Positions 1 to 11,567 of a stretch of 64,000 bases of DNA are shown in pieces. Made by a program: the position numbers and the translations under genes. Location of the stretch: NCBI GenBank assembly GCA_019358935.1, contig JAHHIK010000019.1, positions 1 to 64,000 of the forward strand, read 5' to 3'. The notes under the pieces are model-generated. The model saw only the letters and a program-made list of their open reading frames with translations, was not told the DNA's origin and did not search any database. Position 1 is the stretch's first letter. Every line of letters begins with the position of its first letter. The stretch comes from Tolypothrix carrinoi HA7290-LM1 (GTDB taxonomy: Bacteria > Cyanobacteriota > Cyanobacteriia > Cyanobacteriales > Nostocaceae).

Positions 1-92
1 AAGACAAATTGAAAGCCGTTCCTAACTGGCAAAAACGGCTTAGAGAATACGTTGAACGGTTGATAGCTGGACAAACGGGAAATGATGGGTAG
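1..92 (+). CDS. 3' end of a small hypothetical protein (partial, runs off window)
   Basis: Open frame from base 3, DKLKAVPNWQKRLREYVERLIAGQTGNDG*, ending TAG at 90-92; recalls small proteins found beside cyanobacterial IS605-type elements. Confidence 0.4.
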   Translation, partial: DKLKAVPNWQKRLREYVERLIAGQTGNDG

Positions 93-357
93 GTTTGTCC
101 AGATATTAGCGAACAGCAACTAACCCCCGCAAACATTCACATTTTCACCGCCAACAGGTGCAAAAAAAGTCAAATCGCTCTCCATCAGCCCATTTTAAAC
201 ACTTAAAAGACTTACACAAAAACTCTCTTAAACTCTTATTCCTCTGCGTCCCCTGCGTCCTCTGCGGTTCGTTTTCTCCTCTAAAAGCGTAACTCCTATT
301 TGTCAAAGATAGCAGCATCCGCATCTAAAATCGGTAAAGAAGCAATCAAGAATAATT

Positions 358-792
358 ATGCGCTTACTACACACAATGTTACGCGTCGGCAACCTCGAAG
401 AATCCTTGAAATTTTATTGCGATGTCCTGGGAATGAAATTATTGCGACGAAAAGATTATCCAGGTGGAGAATTTACCCTCGCTTTTGTCGGTTACGGTGA
501 CGAATCAGACAATACAGTGCTAGAACTAACCTACAACTGGGGTGTTGAAAAATATGACCTAGGTAATGCTTACGGTCACATTGCCTTAGGAGTCGATGAT
601 ATTTACTCTACCTGTGACGAAATCAAAAAGACTGGCGCGAAAGTAGTCCGGGAACCAGGACCGATGAAACACGGTTCAACGGTAATTGCTTTTGTAGAAG
701 ATCCAGATGGGTACAAAGTAGAACTTATTCAACTAGGTACACAGGGTTCAAATGCCAAACAGGAGTCACAAGAAAAACTTGTAACTCAGTAA
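358..792 (+). CDS. gloA: Lactoylglutathione lyase (glyoxalase I)
   Basis: [33 protein letters not shown] motifs. Confidence 0.96.
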   Translation: MRLLHTMLRVGNLEESLKFYCDVLGMKLLRRKDYPGGEFTLAFVGYGDESDNTVLELTYNWGVEKYDLGNAYGHIALGVDDIYSTCDEIKKTGAKVVREPGPMKHGSTVIAFVEDPDGYKVELIQLGTQGSNAKQESQEKLVTQ

Positions 793-808
793 TTATGTTG
801 TTACATAG

Positions 809-2617
809 GTGAGATTTCGCGTGAAGGAATGTCTGCGGCAAAGAATTTATTCTCAAAAGTTGTCTTCCGAGAACTTAGTCGGTTGCAAAACTATCAGCAA
901 CCGACGAAAGTTTTATTGGATTGTAGCGCTAAGTATTATCACTAGCAGTGTCCAGACATGCTTGCCATTAAAAGCACAGATGAATCTTGAAGGGGAGACA
1001 AGGGAGGCAAGGGGGACAAGGGGGACAAGGGAGACAGGGGAGACAGGGGGACAGGGGGACAAGGAGACAGGGGAGACAGGGGGACAGGGGGACAAGGAGA
1101 CAAGGGAGACAAGGGAGACAGGGGGACAGGGAGAAAAATTTGCTCAATCTGTAATTTATAATTCCCAATCTGCTGTCAATCAAGAAGTAGCAAATGAGTC
1201 TGCTAATTTGGATACGGATTCGGAGTTTTTAACTCAAGAAACTTCGGTTTCTCAATTGTCTGATGTGCAACCAACAGATTGGGCTTATCAGGCATTACGA
1301 TCGCTTATGGAACGCTATAATGTTATATCTGGCTTTCCTGATAACACCTTTAAAGGCAATCGTCCTCTCAGCCGTTATGAATTTGCCGCAGGTTTAGCGG
1401 CTACTTTAGATAAAGTTGAAGGTTTGATTGCTACAGCCATCGGCGATCAATACGTTCAAGAAGATATTATCACCTTAAGGCGGTTGCAAAAAGAATATCG
1501 CTCTGCTTTGGATGATTTACAAAAACGGGTTAGTACAACAAGCACAAGCGCAAATTATCTCGAAGCACATCAATTTTCTACCACAACAAAGCTGCAAGGT
1601 CAATTAATTTTTGCCCCCACCAGCGGTAGTAATGCCAGCACTACCATAGTCGCCCGTTCACGCTTAAATCTCAATACCAGCTTTAACGAAAAAGATTTAC
1701 TCGTCACTCAGTTAGAATCTGGGAATAATGGCGGTGATGCGATTAATTTAGCACAGAATGAAAATTCTAATAATCTAGCAAACAGCGGCTTTATCGGCAA
1801 TTATGGAGGACTCGATTACACTAACGTAGAGGAATTGCATCTGAGGCGGTTATACTACTCGTTTCGTCCCTCGCCAGATTTATCTGTCACCGTTGGGGCA
1901 AAAATGCTGCCACGGGATTTTATTGATCGTAACAGATATGCGAACAACGAAGCGGTTGATTTTAGTTCCACCTTTTTTATTAATAATCCTCTGATTGTTC
2001 AAAATGAAATTGATCGAGAGGGTGGTGCAGGTGCAGCGATCGCATGGCAACCTAAAAATAGCAAATTCACCGTGCGATCGCTTTACATCGCTGCCAACGC
2101 TAATGAATTCAATTCAACCACAGACGGCGGTTTGTTTAGCGATCGCCATCAAGCCAGTGTAGAAGTGGAATATTCGCCAAGTTCGCGCTTTGCATTTCGG
2201 CTACAATATACTAATGCGGAAATTAATAATACTGATATTAATGCCTTTGGTGTCAATGCCGAATATACTTTAAATCGCAACACCGGAATTTTTACTCGTT
2301 TGGGAGTCGGTAACTATCAAGGATTTAACACTGCCATCAACCAAAATATAGATTTACATCCTTTGAGTTGGGCGATCGGTGTCGGTTTGCGTAACTTTGT
2401 TCTTCCCGGAACCGTTGCTGGTGTAGCAATTGGTCAACCTTTCGTAGCTGAGGATTTTGGTAACGCTACCCAAACCAACTTCGAGGCATTCTACAATCTA
2501 CAGTTAAGCGACAATATCAGTATAACCCCTATACTATCCCTAGTAAGCAACCCTAATAACGATAGCTCCAACGGCACCATCTGGCAAAGTACACTCAGAA
2601 CGGTGTTTTCGTTTTAG
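809..2617 (+). CDS. SLH-domain outer membrane porin (OprB-like/iron uptake porin family); start uncertain
   Basis: TSVSQLSDVQPTDWAYQAL SLH start, RYEFAAGL, QFSTTTKLQG, C-terminal LRTVFSF. Confidence 0.9.
   Translation: MRFRVKECLRQRIYSQKLSSENLVGCKTISNRRKFYWIVALSIITSSVQTCLPLKAQMNLEGETREARGTRGTRETGETGGQGDKETGETGGQGDKETRETRETGGQGEKFAQSVIYNSQSAVNQEVANESANLDTDSEFLTQETSVSQLSDVQPTDWAYQALRSLMERYNVISGFPDNTFKGNRPLSRYEFAAGLAATLDKVEGLIATAIGDQYVQEDIITLRRLQKEYRSALDDLQKRVSTTSTSANYLEAHQFSTTTKLQGQLIFAPTSGSNASTTIVARSRLNLNTSFNEKDLLVTQLESGNNGGDAINLAQNENSNNLANSGFIGNYGGLDYTNVEELHLRRLYYSFRPSPDLSVTVGAKMLPRDFIDRNRYANNEAVDFSSTFFINNPLIVQNEIDREGGAGAAIAWQPKNSKFTVRSLYIAANANEFNSTTDGGLFSDRHQASVEVEYSPSSRFAFRLQYTNAEINNTDINAFGVNAEYTLNRNTGIFTRLGVGNYQGFNTAINQNIDLHPLSWAIGVGLRNFVLPGTVAGVAIGQPFVAEDFGNATQTNFEAFYNLQLSDNISITPILSLVSNPNNDSSNGTIWQSTLRTVFSF
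992..1132 (+). repeat. In-frame G-rich ~9-bp tandem repeats inside the porin gene
   Basis: Units such as GGGAGACAA and GGGGGACAG encode ETR/GTR/GGQGDK. Confidence 0.85.
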
Positions 2618-2626
2618 ATTAGGAAA

Positions 2627-2790
2627 TGGGGAATGGGGCAATGGGCAATGGGCATGGGGCATGGAAAGAATCGTATTACAACGCGTATCACTTACAGTTG
2701 CTTCTTTAATTCCCATTGCCCATTGCCCAATGACGGCAGATGCTCCACTTGGGGAGACCCCAAGACCGCACTGCCTCCCCAATGCCCAAT
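2627..2790. repeat. Inverted STRR heptamer arrays around a ~52 bp core, plus a small palindromic repeat
   Basis: GGGCAAT/GGGCATG units on the left, CCCATTG/CCCAATG on the right; core repeated at 31404-31455. Confidence 0.8.
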
Positions 2791-2826
2791 TACCAATTTA
2801 AAATCTAAAATCCAAAATTCTTAAAG

Positions 2827-5496
2827 ATGCAGCCTACAGATCCAAATAAATTTACAGATAAAGCCTGGGAAGCGATCGTTAAATCTCAGGATGTAGTTCG
2901 TGCTTATCAACAACAGCAATTAGATGTTGAACATTTAATTATCGCTTTATTAGAAGAACCCACTGGATTAGCAACACGCATCCTAGCGCGGTGTGAGGTT
3001 GATCCGTTTCGTTTGCAGCAGCAAGTCGAAGCATTTACCCAACGTCAGCCGAAAGTTGGCAAAAATGAGCAGCTTTACCTCGGTCGCAATTTAGATATTA
3101 TGTTAGACCGAGCCGAAGAAGCCAGAGTCAGGATGAAGGATTCCTTCATTTCTGTCGAACACATGCTTCTGGGTTTTGTTGAGGACGATCGCATCGGACG
3201 CAAGATGTTCAAAGCTTTTAATTTGGACACCTCCAAGTTAGAGGCTACCATCAAAACCGTTCGCGGTAGCCAAAAAGTAACCGATCAAGCTCCAGAATCT
3301 CGTTACGAAGCTTTACAAAAGTTCGGCAGAGACTTGACAGAACAAGCAAAAGCTGGTAGGCTCGACCCGGTAATCGGGCGGGATGATGAAATTCGCCGCG
3401 TAATTCAAGTATTATCGCGCCGCAGCAAGAATAACCCGGTATTAATTGGTGAACCTGGAGTAGGGAAAACAGCGATCGCTGAAGCATTAGCACAGCGCAT
3501 GGTTAATGGTGACGTTCCCGAATCTTTGAAAAACCGCCAGCTAATTTCCCTAGATATGGGTAGTTTGATTGCTGGCGCAAAATACCGAGGTGAATTTGAA
3601 GACCGTTTAAAAGCAGTATTACGTGAAGTTACTGAATCAAACGGTCAAATTGTTTTATTTATTGACGAGTTGCATACCGTTGTTGGTACTGGTTCTAACC
3701 AACAAGGAGCGATGGATGCGGGGAATTTGCTTAAACCGATGTTAGCGCGGGGAGAATTGCGTTGTATTGGCGCAACTACCTTAGATGAGTACCGTAAATA
3801 TATCGAAAAAGACGCCGCATTAGAAAGACGCTTTCAGCAAGTATTTGTCGATCAGCCCAGCGTGGAAAATACGATTTCGATTTTGCGCGGTTTGAAAGAA
3901 CGTTACGAAGTGCATCATAATGTAAAGATTTCTGACTCGGCGTTAGTCGCAGCGGCTACATTGTCATCAAGATATATAAGCGATCGCTTTTTGCCAGATA
4001 AAGCGATCGACTTAGTAGATGAAGCCGCCGCGCAGCTGAAAATGGAAATTACCTCCAAACCGGCGGAATTGGAAATTGTTGACCGCCGCTTAATGCAGCT
4101 AGAAATGGAAAAGCTGTCATTGGCAGGAGAAGAGAAAGGTACGGCACAAACAAGAGAGCGTTTGCAGCGAATAGAGCAAGAAATCGCCAATTTGACCGAA
4201 AAGCAACAGGAATTTAATGAGCAATGGCAAGGCGAAAAGCAGTTATTAGAAGCTATCAGCGCTTTAAAGAAACAAGAAGAAGCGCTGCGGGTACAAATTG
4301 AGCAAGCCGAACGCGCTTACGATCTCAACAAAGCTGCGAAGTTAAAATATGACGATTTGGAGCGAGTACAGCGCGACTTGGAAGTAAAAGAAGCGCAACT
4401 TCTGGAAACTCAAAACCAAGGTACTACCTTACTGCGCGAACAAGTTACCGAAGCTGATATTGCCGAAATCGTCGCCAAATGGACGGGAATTCCTGTAAAT
4501 CGCTTGTTGGAATCGGAACGGCAAAAATTACTGCAATTAGAAAGCCATTTGCACGAACGAGTCATTGGGCAAGAGGAAGCGGTAGCAGCGGTATCAGCCG
4601 CAATTCGTCGCGCTCGTGCGGGGATGAAAGACCCAGGACGCCCGATTGGTTCATTTTTGTTTATGGGACCGACTGGTGTGGGTAAAACCGAGCTAGCGCG
4701 GGCATTAGCGCAGTTTCTCTTCGATTCTGGTGACGCATTGGTGCGGTTGGATATGTCCGAGTATATGGAGAAACATTCAGTTTCCCGGTTAGTCGGAGCG
4801 CCTCCCGGATACGTAGGCTATGAGGAAGGCGGTCAACTTTCGGAAGCAATTCGCCGCCGTCCATACTCGGTGGTGCTTTTGGATGAAGTGGAAAAGGCAC
4901 ATCCAGACGTATTTAACATTTTGTTGCAGGTTTTAGATGACGGTAGAATTACTGATTCGCAGGGTAGATTAGTTGATTTCCGCAACACCGTAATTGTCAT
5001 GACGAGTAACATCGGTAGCGAATACATTCTTGATGTATCTGGTGATGATTCCAAATATAACTTGATGCAAAAGCGGGTAACAGAAGCTTTGCGATCGCAC
5101 TTTCGCCCAGAGTTTCTCAACCGCGTCGATGATATAATTATTTTCCACACCCTCAGTCGGACAGAAATGCGGCATATCGTCCGCATTCAACTCAAACGGG
5201 TGGAAAATCTTCTCGCAGATCAAAAAATATCATTGGAGATATCGCAGGCAGCGTGCGATCGCTTAGTAGAAATCGGTTACGATCCAGTTTACGGCGCACG
5301 TCCGATCAAACGGGCAATACAGCGAGAAGTAGAAAATGCGATCGCTACCAAGTTGTTAGAGAACACCTTTATCTCTGGCGACACCATTTTAATCGACAAG
5401 GGGGATAACGGACTCACCTTTAGTAAAAAAGTGACAGTTAAAATTTCACTGCCACAAACCACCGTCAACTCGCTCAAGTCATTGCCTGAGGCTTGA
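2827..5496 (+). CDS. clpB: ATP-dependent chaperone ClpB
   Basis: Two AAA+ modules ([16 protein letters not shown]), coiled-coil middle domain, Clp N-domain. Confidence 0.97.
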   Translation: MQPTDPNKFTDKAWEAIVKSQDVVRAYQQQQLDVEHLIIALLEEPTGLATRILARCEVDPFRLQQQVEAFTQRQPKVGKNEQLYLGRNLDIMLDRAEEARVRMKDSFISVEHMLLGFVEDDRIGRKMFKAFNLDTSKLEATIKTVRGSQKVTDQAPESRYEALQKFGRDLTEQAKAGRLDPVIGRDDEIRRVIQVLSRRSKNNPVLIGEPGVGKTAIAEALAQRMVNGDVPESLKNRQLISLDMGSLIAGAKYRGEFEDRLKAVLREVTESNGQIVLFIDELHTVVGTGSNQQGAMDAGNLLKPMLARGELRCIGATTLDEYRKYIEKDAALERRFQQVFVDQPSVENTISILRGLKERYEVHHNVKISDSALVAAATLSSRYISDRFLPDKAIDLVDEAAAQLKMEITSKPAELEIVDRRLMQLEMEKLSLAGEEKGTAQTRERLQRIEQEIANLTEKQQEFNEQWQGEKQLLEAISALKKQEEALRVQIEQAERAYDLNKAAKLKYDDLERVQRDLEVKEAQLLETQNQGTTLLREQVTEADIAEIVAKWTGIPVNRLLESERQKLLQLESHLHERVIGQEEAVAAVSAAIRRARAGMKDPGRPIGSFLFMGPTGVGKTELARALAQFLFDSGDALVRLDMSEYMEKHSVSRLVGAPPGYVGYEEGGQLSEAIRRRPYSVVLLDEVEKAHPDVFNILLQVLDDGRITDSQGRLVDFRNTVIVMTSNIGSEYILDVSGDDSKYNLMQKRVTEALRSHFRPEFLNRVDDIIIFHTLSRTEMRHIVRIQLKRVENLLADQKISLEISQAACDRLVEIGYDPVYGARPIKRAIQREVENAIATKLLENTFISGDTILIDKGDNGLTFSKKVTVKISLPQTTVNSLKSLPEA

Positions 5497-5528
5497 AACT
5501 ATATACACAGATAGTCCTGGCAATTTTT

Positions 5529-5561
5529 CGTTACTAGGCTGTAGCCTAGTAACGCTTTTTT
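5529..5561 (+). terminator. Intrinsic terminator after clpB
   Basis: CGTTACTAGGCT-GT-AGCCTAGTAACG followed by a T run. Confidence 0.75.
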
Positions 5562-5653
5562 AGATGCTCTGCATCCTGAGGATGAATTTCTCAGCTACTG
5601 AGTGGCATACTAAAATTATCAGTTCCATTAAGGTTAATCCCTAATTAATTATC

Positions 5654-6640
5654 ATGTCCGTTGATTTTACTGTAGCCATACCTACTTACAACGGAGAAAA
5701 CCGTTTACCCAGAGTACTCGAACGGTTGCAAGAGTGCTTTATATACACTACGCGATCGCACAATAAAGTAGAAGACCTCTGCTGGGAAATTATTATTGTT
5801 GATAATAACAGTACAGATGGTACAGCAAAACTAATTCAGGAATACCAAGCCAACTGGCATCATCATGTACCCTTACGCTACTATTTTGAACCAGAGCAAG
5901 GGCTAGCTTTTGCAAGACAACGTGCCGTAAAAGAAGCAAAAGGTGAATTTGTTGGTTTTTTAGATGATGATAACCTCCCCAAACCCAACTGGGTAAGCGA
6001 AGCATACAAGTTTGGGAAACAGCATCCCGGATCTGGTGCATACGCAAGTCAAATTCATGGTTTATTTGAAGTCGAACCATCAGAACACCTCAAACAAATA
6101 ATTTTTTACCTAGCTATTACTGAGAGGGGGTATGAACCCCTTTTATATGAACCTCGAAAAAAGGGATTTCCTCCTGGTGCTGGCTTAGTCGTGCGTCGCC
6201 AAGTATGGAATAATTATGTTCCCAACCGTCTTTTTTTAGTAGGTAGAGTTGGCTCATCAATGTTAGCTGGTGAAGATGCAGAAGCTCTGCTGTATATTCA
6301 TCGTGCAGGCTGGGAAATTTGGTATAACCCAGCGATGGAAATAGAGCATATTATCCCATCTTGGAGACTAGAAAGAAGTTACTTAATTTCCCTGATGCGG
6401 GGTATTGGTCTAAGCCGTTATCATTTGCGGATGCTACTACTTGAAAGCTGGCAAAGACCATTCGCTTTTTTTATCTACCTACCGAATGACCTACGTAAAT
6501 TTACATTATATTTTCTCCGTCATCATACCGTAATTGATAGTGATGTTGTTGCTGCTTGTGAGATGGAGCGGCTGCTAACTACTTTCATGAGTCCTTTTTA
6601 TTTAGGTAAAATCCAAATTAAAAGATTTTTGCGAATTTGA
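5654..6640 (+). CDS. GT2 glycosyltransferase, HpsE-like paralog
   Basis: DFTVAIPTYNGE, FLDDDN, GWEIWYNP; closely similar to 19574-20533. Confidence 0.88.
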   Translation: MSVDFTVAIPTYNGENRLPRVLERLQECFIYTTRSHNKVEDLCWEIIIVDNNSTDGTAKLIQEYQANWHHHVPLRYYFEPEQGLAFARQRAVKEAKGEFVGFLDDDNLPKPNWVSEAYKFGKQHPGSGAYASQIHGLFEVEPSEHLKQIIFYLAITERGYEPLLYEPRKKGFPPGAGLVVRRQVWNNYVPNRLFLVGRVGSSMLAGEDAEALLYIHRAGWEIWYNPAMEIEHIIPSWRLERSYLISLMRGIGLSRYHLRMLLLESWQRPFAFFIYLPNDLRKFTLYFLRHHTVIDSDVVAACEMERLLTTFMSPFYLGKIQIKRFLRI

Positions 6641-6745
6641 TATAAATTACTTAATTTCCCGGATGCTTATTATTGATTTTAGCCATTACTCTTTGTAAAG
6701 AATACTTGTAAATCGACAAGTAAATTACAAAACTTTGCTTATATC

Positions 6746-7729
6746 ATGCCTAAAATATCTGTCATTATTCCGGTTTATAATGGCGAAAAAACCATTGAAG
6801 CAACAATTAATTCTGTTTTACAGCAAACGTTTGATGATTTTGAATTAATCATAATCAATGCTAGTTCAACAGATTCGACATTGGAAATTATTTCTCAAAT
6901 TCAAGATGAGCGTATAAAAGTATTTACATATAATCGCGCTAATGTAGCTGTCAATCGTAATCGCGGTTTTAATCAGTCGAAGTGCGAATTTGTTACGTTT
7001 TTAGATGCAGATGACCTCTGGACAGCAGATAAGCTAGAAGCACAGTATAAAATACTGCAAGAAAATCCCCAAGCTGGCGTTGTTTACAGCTTAACTGATG
7101 CGATTGATGAAAATAGTAAATTTCTATGCCGATGGAGTTACGCCACTTGGACAGGTGATGTTTACACGAAGCTATTACTGGCTAACTTTATAGGTAGCGG
7201 TTCCAATGTGATGGTTCGTAGCAAAGCTTTAAAGGAAGTTGGCGATTTTGATGAGTCATTGACTAATGCACAGGATCTCGATATGTGGTTACGGTTAGCT
7301 AAAAAATATGAGTTTATTTCTATAAAAAAAGTACAAATCTTCTATCGCATCTCTGCCAATTCGATGTCTTCTAATATTTTAGGTATGGAGAAATCATACT
7401 TACAAATAATTGAAAAAGCTTGCTATGACGAGAGAGCAGCATCTTATCAGTACCTGAAGCAATATAGCATTGCTAATCTCTACAAATATCTTGGTTACAA
7501 AGCATTAGAAGCATCTCCGGGTCAGCAAAAACCTTTACAAGTAGCCCAATTGATTTGGAAATCCATTAGATACGATCCCCCTATCTTGCTAAAGCCAGTT
7601 ATATATAAAGCTTTATTAAAACTTGCAGTAATAACTCTATTGCCTACTAATATGGCAAGACTATTATTTACTAACTTTCCCAAAATATTTAATACTATTA
7701 CTTTATTAGGATACGCCAAAATTTATTAA
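6746..7729 (+). CDS. GT2 glycosyltransferase
   Basis: PKISVIIPVYNGE, FLDADDLW, DLDMWLRL. Confidence 0.9.
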   Translation: MPKISVIIPVYNGEKTIEATINSVLQQTFDDFELIIINASSTDSTLEIISQIQDERIKVFTYNRANVAVNRNRGFNQSKCEFVTFLDADDLWTADKLEAQYKILQENPQAGVVYSLTDAIDENSKFLCRWSYATWTGDVYTKLLLANFIGSGSNVMVRSKALKEVGDFDESLTNAQDLDMWLRLAKKYEFISIKKVQIFYRISANSMSSNILGMEKSYLQIIEKACYDERAASYQYLKQYSIANLYKYLGYKALEASPGQQKPLQVAQLIWKSIRYDPPILLKPVIYKALLKLAVITLLPTNMARLLFTNFPKIFNTITLLGYAKIY

Positions 7730-7769
7730 ATATATAATTTAAGTAAAAAATAAGTGAGACTAATCTTAT

Positions 7770-8705
7770 ATGCCTTTAATATCTGTAGTTATTCCTGTTT
7801 ATAATGGTGAAAAAACCATTAATTCAACAATTGAATCTGTCTTAAAACAAACATTTGTTGATTTGGAAATATTAGTCATTGATGATGGATCAACAGATTC
7901 AACGGTAGAGATTGTTAAAAGTATTTTGGATTCACGTTTACACATATATTCTTATCCGAATGCCGGTATATCTGCAAATCGCAATCGCGGATTAGCCAAA
8001 GCTACAGGCGAATACCTGTCCTTTATTGATGCCGATGATCTTTGGGTATCTGATAAGCTAGAAGCACAATTAAACGCACTATTAAAACATCCCCAAGCTG
8101 CTTTAGCTTATAGCTGGACTGATTATATTGATATGAATGGTAATTTTTTAAAATCAGGTAGACGCATTACAGAAACTGGTAATGTTTACAGCAAGCTTTT
8201 AATGTATAATTTTTTAGAAAATGGTTCAAATCCTTTAATCCGCTCTGAGGCTTTCAATACCGTTGGTGGTTTTGATGAATCACTTCCCGTTGCTGAAGAT
8301 TGGGATATGTGGTTGCGTATTTCAGCTTATTACGAATTCGTATTAGTGCCAGAAGTAAAAATATTTTATAGAGTACAAGCTAATTCTTTATCTACTAATC
8401 TTGTACAGATGGAAATAGACAGTTTGCAAGTTATCGAACGTGCTTTTACTCATCCAAAGGCTAAATCTCTACAGCATTTAAAAAAAAATAGTCTAGCTTT
8501 GCTTTATAAATACTTAACTTTTAAAGCTATTGAAAATCACGACGAAAAACAGCACTCGCTGAAAGCTGCCCAGTTTTTTTGGAATTGTATTAGATATGAT
8601 CCCTCAGTGCTACGCCAGCGGCGTATCATGTTAATAGCAATCTTGAAAATAGTCTTTCCTCAGCTTTACTACGGTATCAATCAGCTATTGCATGGTAAAC
8701 GGTAG
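7770..8705 (+). CDS. GT2 glycosyltransferase (paralog of the preceding gene)
   Basis: PLISVVIPVYNGE, FIDADDLW, EDWDMWLRI. Confidence 0.9.
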   Translation: MPLISVVIPVYNGEKTINSTIESVLKQTFVDLEILVIDDGSTDSTVEIVKSILDSRLHIYSYPNAGISANRNRGLAKATGEYLSFIDADDLWVSDKLEAQLNALLKHPQAALAYSWTDYIDMNGNFLKSGRRITETGNVYSKLLMYNFLENGSNPLIRSEAFNTVGGFDESLPVAEDWDMWLRISAYYEFVLVPEVKIFYRVQANSLSTNLVQMEIDSLQVIERAFTHPKAKSLQHLKKNSLALLYKYLTFKAIENHDEKQHSLKAAQFFWNCIRYDPSVLRQRRIMLIAILKIVFPQLYYGINQLLHGKR

Positions 8706-8831
8706 ACTAAATATTATTCGCTTAAATCAGATTTTTACTTTTTTGTTATCATTACATCGCCCATATTTGTAAATTAGCGTAGGTTATGGGACAAGCCGTA
8801 ACCCACCTGAGAGTGTAGGTAATTTTACTAG

Positions 8832-8847
8832 GTGGGGAAATCCGAAT
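8832..8847. promoter_or_regulatory. Possible K-box-like chaperone regulatory motif upstream of htpG
   Basis: Minus strand ATTCGGATTTCCCCAC versus recalled consensus GTTCGG-NNAN-CCNNAC, 2 mismatches. Confidence 0.3.
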
Positions 8848-9014
8848 CGCTGCTTGGGGGCAAACAATCCTTTAAAAGCGAGCGATCGCCTAACTTTAAG
8901 CATTAAAATTCTGATTGATAAGATTTCCCCATAGCGCCTTACTTAACAAATGAGGGTTAAGGGTGAATCTCGCTTCAGTTATCATTCAAATACTTGTACC
9001 GAACATTAGGAATC

Positions 9015-10994
9015 ATGCTTGAACAAGGCACTATCAGTATCCATACTGAGAATATTTTCCCGATTATCAAAAAGTCTCTCTACTCCGACCACCAAATATT
9101 CTTGCGGGAACTGGTCTCCAACGCTGTAGATGCCATCCAAAAACTGAACATGGTATCTCGCGCTGGGGAATATTCAGGTGACATCGGTGAACCAGAAATT
9201 CAAATTGCTATTGACAAAAACAACAAAACCCTCTCTATTACCGACAACGGCATCGGGATGACTGCTGATGAGGTGAAAAAATATATCACCCAAGTTGCTT
9301 TCTCCAGTGCCGAAGAATTTATTCAGAAGTACCAAGGCAAATCAGACCAACCGATAATCGGTCACTTTGGTCTAGGCTTCTATTCTTCGTTCATGGTGGC
9401 GCAAAAAGTCCAAATCGATACCCTATCTTATAAAGAAGGTTCCCAAGCAGTTCACTGGAGTTGTGATGGTTCTCCAGAGTACACCTTGGAAGACTCACCG
9501 AGGACAACTCGTGGCACTACCATTACCCTCACCCTGCAAGAAGAAGAAGAGGAATATTTAGAATCATCACGAATTAAGAATCTTGTCAAGACTTACTGCG
9601 ATTTCATGCCAGTACCCATCAAACTTGAGGGTGAGGTGTTAAACAGGCAGAAAGCACCTTGGCGAGAATCTGCAAGTAGCTTGAGTAAAGAAGATTATTT
9701 AGAGTTTTACCGCTACCTGTATCCTTTCCAAGAAGAACCGCTTTTGTGGGTGCATTTGAATACAGATTATCCGTTTATCATCAACGGGATTTTGTATTTT
9801 CCGAAGATGAAGCCAGATGTCGATGTTACAAAAGGGCAAATTAAGCTATTTTCCAACCAAGTTTTTGTCAGCGACAACTGCGAAGAAATTATTCCGCAAT
9901 TTCTGGTTCCCATGCGGGGTGTGATTGATAGCACCGACATTCCCCTGAACGTATCGCGGAGTGCCTTGCAAACCGATCGCACCGTGCGGAAAATAGGCGA
10001 TTATATAGCGAAAAAAGTAGGCGATCGCTTAAAAGAAGTTTATCGAGGCGATCGCGAACAATACATCAGCATCTGGAAAGACCTCAGTACCTTCGTTAAA
10101 TTTGGCGTTCTCAACGACGATAAATTTAAAAAACAAGTCGAAGACATCATCATCTTCCGCACCACCGCCAAGCTATCAGAAAAAACCGCTGATACCCCAG
10201 CAGTACAGGTACAATCTGAAGAAGGCGACGCATGGCAAGATATAAGCCCCCAAACGGCTGATTCCACCCCTCAGTCACCATACACCACCCTCAAAGAATA
10301 CCTAGAACGTAACAAAGAACGTCACGAAAACCGCGTTTTCTACTGTACCGATGCAGCCACGCAAGCTACATACGTAGAATTGCACAAAAACCAAGGCTTA
10401 GAAGTCCTATTTATGGACTCCTTCATCGACACCCACTTTATCAACTTTCTAGAGCAAGAATATAAGGATGTTAAATTCACGCGGGTAGACTCTGACTTAG
10501 ATAACACCTTGCTGGATAAAGACAAGGCTAGCGAAATAGTTGACCCCGCGACCAACAAAACCCGCAGTGAAGTTGTTAAAGAACTCTTTGAAAAAGCACT
10601 CAACAAACCTAGACTCAACATCCGCACCGAAGCCTTAAAATCAGACGATCCGCAAGGAACACCACCAGCAATGGTGTTACTACCAGAAATTCTGCGGCGT
10701 CTGCGGGAAATGAACGCCATGATGCAACAGCAAAGTGCAGAGTTTCCCGAAGACCACATTTTGCTAGTGAATACCGCTCACCCGCTGATTCAAAATCTCG
10801 CGAACCTCAACCAAGGCACTATAATTCAAGGTGATGGTCAGTCGCCTACAGGTCAATTGGTGAACATGATTTGCCAACACGTCTACGATTTGGCGCTGAT
10901 GTCTCAGAAAGGCTTTGACGCTGAAGGAATGAAATCCTTTGTCGAACGCTCAAATGAAGTCCTCACCAAGCTGACAGAACAAGCTGCAAAATAG
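9015..10994 (+). CDS. htpG: Molecular chaperone HtpG (Hsp90)
   Basis: IFLRELVSNAVDA, DNGIGMT, IGHFGLGFYS; likely start MLEQGTISIH at 9015. Confidence 0.97.
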   Translation: MLEQGTISIHTENIFPIIKKSLYSDHQIFLRELVSNAVDAIQKLNMVSRAGEYSGDIGEPEIQIAIDKNNKTLSITDNGIGMTADEVKKYITQVAFSSAEEFIQKYQGKSDQPIIGHFGLGFYSSFMVAQKVQIDTLSYKEGSQAVHWSCDGSPEYTLEDSPRTTRGTTITLTLQEEEEEYLESSRIKNLVKTYCDFMPVPIKLEGEVLNRQKAPWRESASSLSKEDYLEFYRYLYPFQEEPLLWVHLNTDYPFIINGILYFPKMKPDVDVTKGQIKLFSNQVFVSDNCEEIIPQFLVPMRGVIDSTDIPLNVSRSALQTDRTVRKIGDYIAKKVGDRLKEVYRGDREQYISIWKDLSTFVKFGVLNDDKFKKQVEDIIIFRTTAKLSEKTADTPAVQVQSEEGDAWQDISPQTADSTPQSPYTTLKEYLERNKERHENRVFYCTDAATQATYVELHKNQGLEVLFMDSFIDTHFINFLEQEYKDVKFTRVDSDLDNTLLDKDKASEIVDPATNKTRSEVVKELFEKALNKPRLNIRTEALKSDDPQGTPPAMVLLPEILRRLREMNAMMQQQSAEFPEDHILLVNTAHPLIQNLANLNQGTIIQGDGQSPTGQLVNMICQHVYDLALMSQKGFDAEGMKSFVERSNEVLTKLTEQAAK

Positions 10995-11164
10995 CATTCA
11001 TCAGAGTCTCTCTCTCGTTCCCGTGCTCTGCATGGGAACGTCTACCAGAGGCTCTGCCTCATATTCTCACATTGCTAATGCCGAAGGATATAATATTGCA
11101 TCTTACTCGGCAAGAATTTAATACAATAAGAGATTGTGTTCAAGATAAATAGGATATTCCAAGT

Positions 11165-11401
11165 ATGTCTCGTCGCTGCGAATTAACTGGTAAAAAGGCA
11201 AATAACGCCTTTGCAATTTCCCACTCCCACCGTCGTACCAAACGGCTTCAGCAAGCGAATTTGCAAAGCAAGCGCGTTTGGTGGCCCCAAGGAAACCGTT
11301 GGGTTAAACTGAAACTGTCAACCAAAGCCATCAAAACCTTAGAAAGCAAAGGGTTGCACGCAATGGCAAAAGAAGCCGGCATTAACCTTAATCATTACTA
11401 A
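11165..11401 (+). CDS. rpmB: 50S ribosomal protein L28
   Basis: [11 protein letters not shown]...[15 protein letters not shown]. Confidence 0.97.
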   Translation: MSRRCELTGKKANNAFAISHSHRRTKRLQQANLQSKRVWWPQGNRWVKLKLSTKAIKTLESKGLHAMAKEAGINLNHY

Positions 11402-11540
11402 CAATCGCCAATTCATAAAAACGCACCCAACATAAAGCGCATTTTCGTAGTAAGCGCTTCAGCGCTTTAGCCTTTACTAGTCCATCAAAATTAATGTGGT
11501 CAACTACCACACTAACCGCACAGAAGAATACTTACCACTC

Positions 11541-11567
11541 AAGCCTCCCCAGTTAGGGGAGGCTTTT
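11541..11567 (+). terminator. Intrinsic terminator after rpmB
   Basis: AAGCCTCCCC-AGTTA-GGGGAGGCTT hairpin followed by T residues. Confidence 0.7.

Noticed and set aside
11499..11510. IS605/HEARO end (GTCAACTACC)
   Set aside because: The 10-nt match to 61651 lacks the accompanying hairpin
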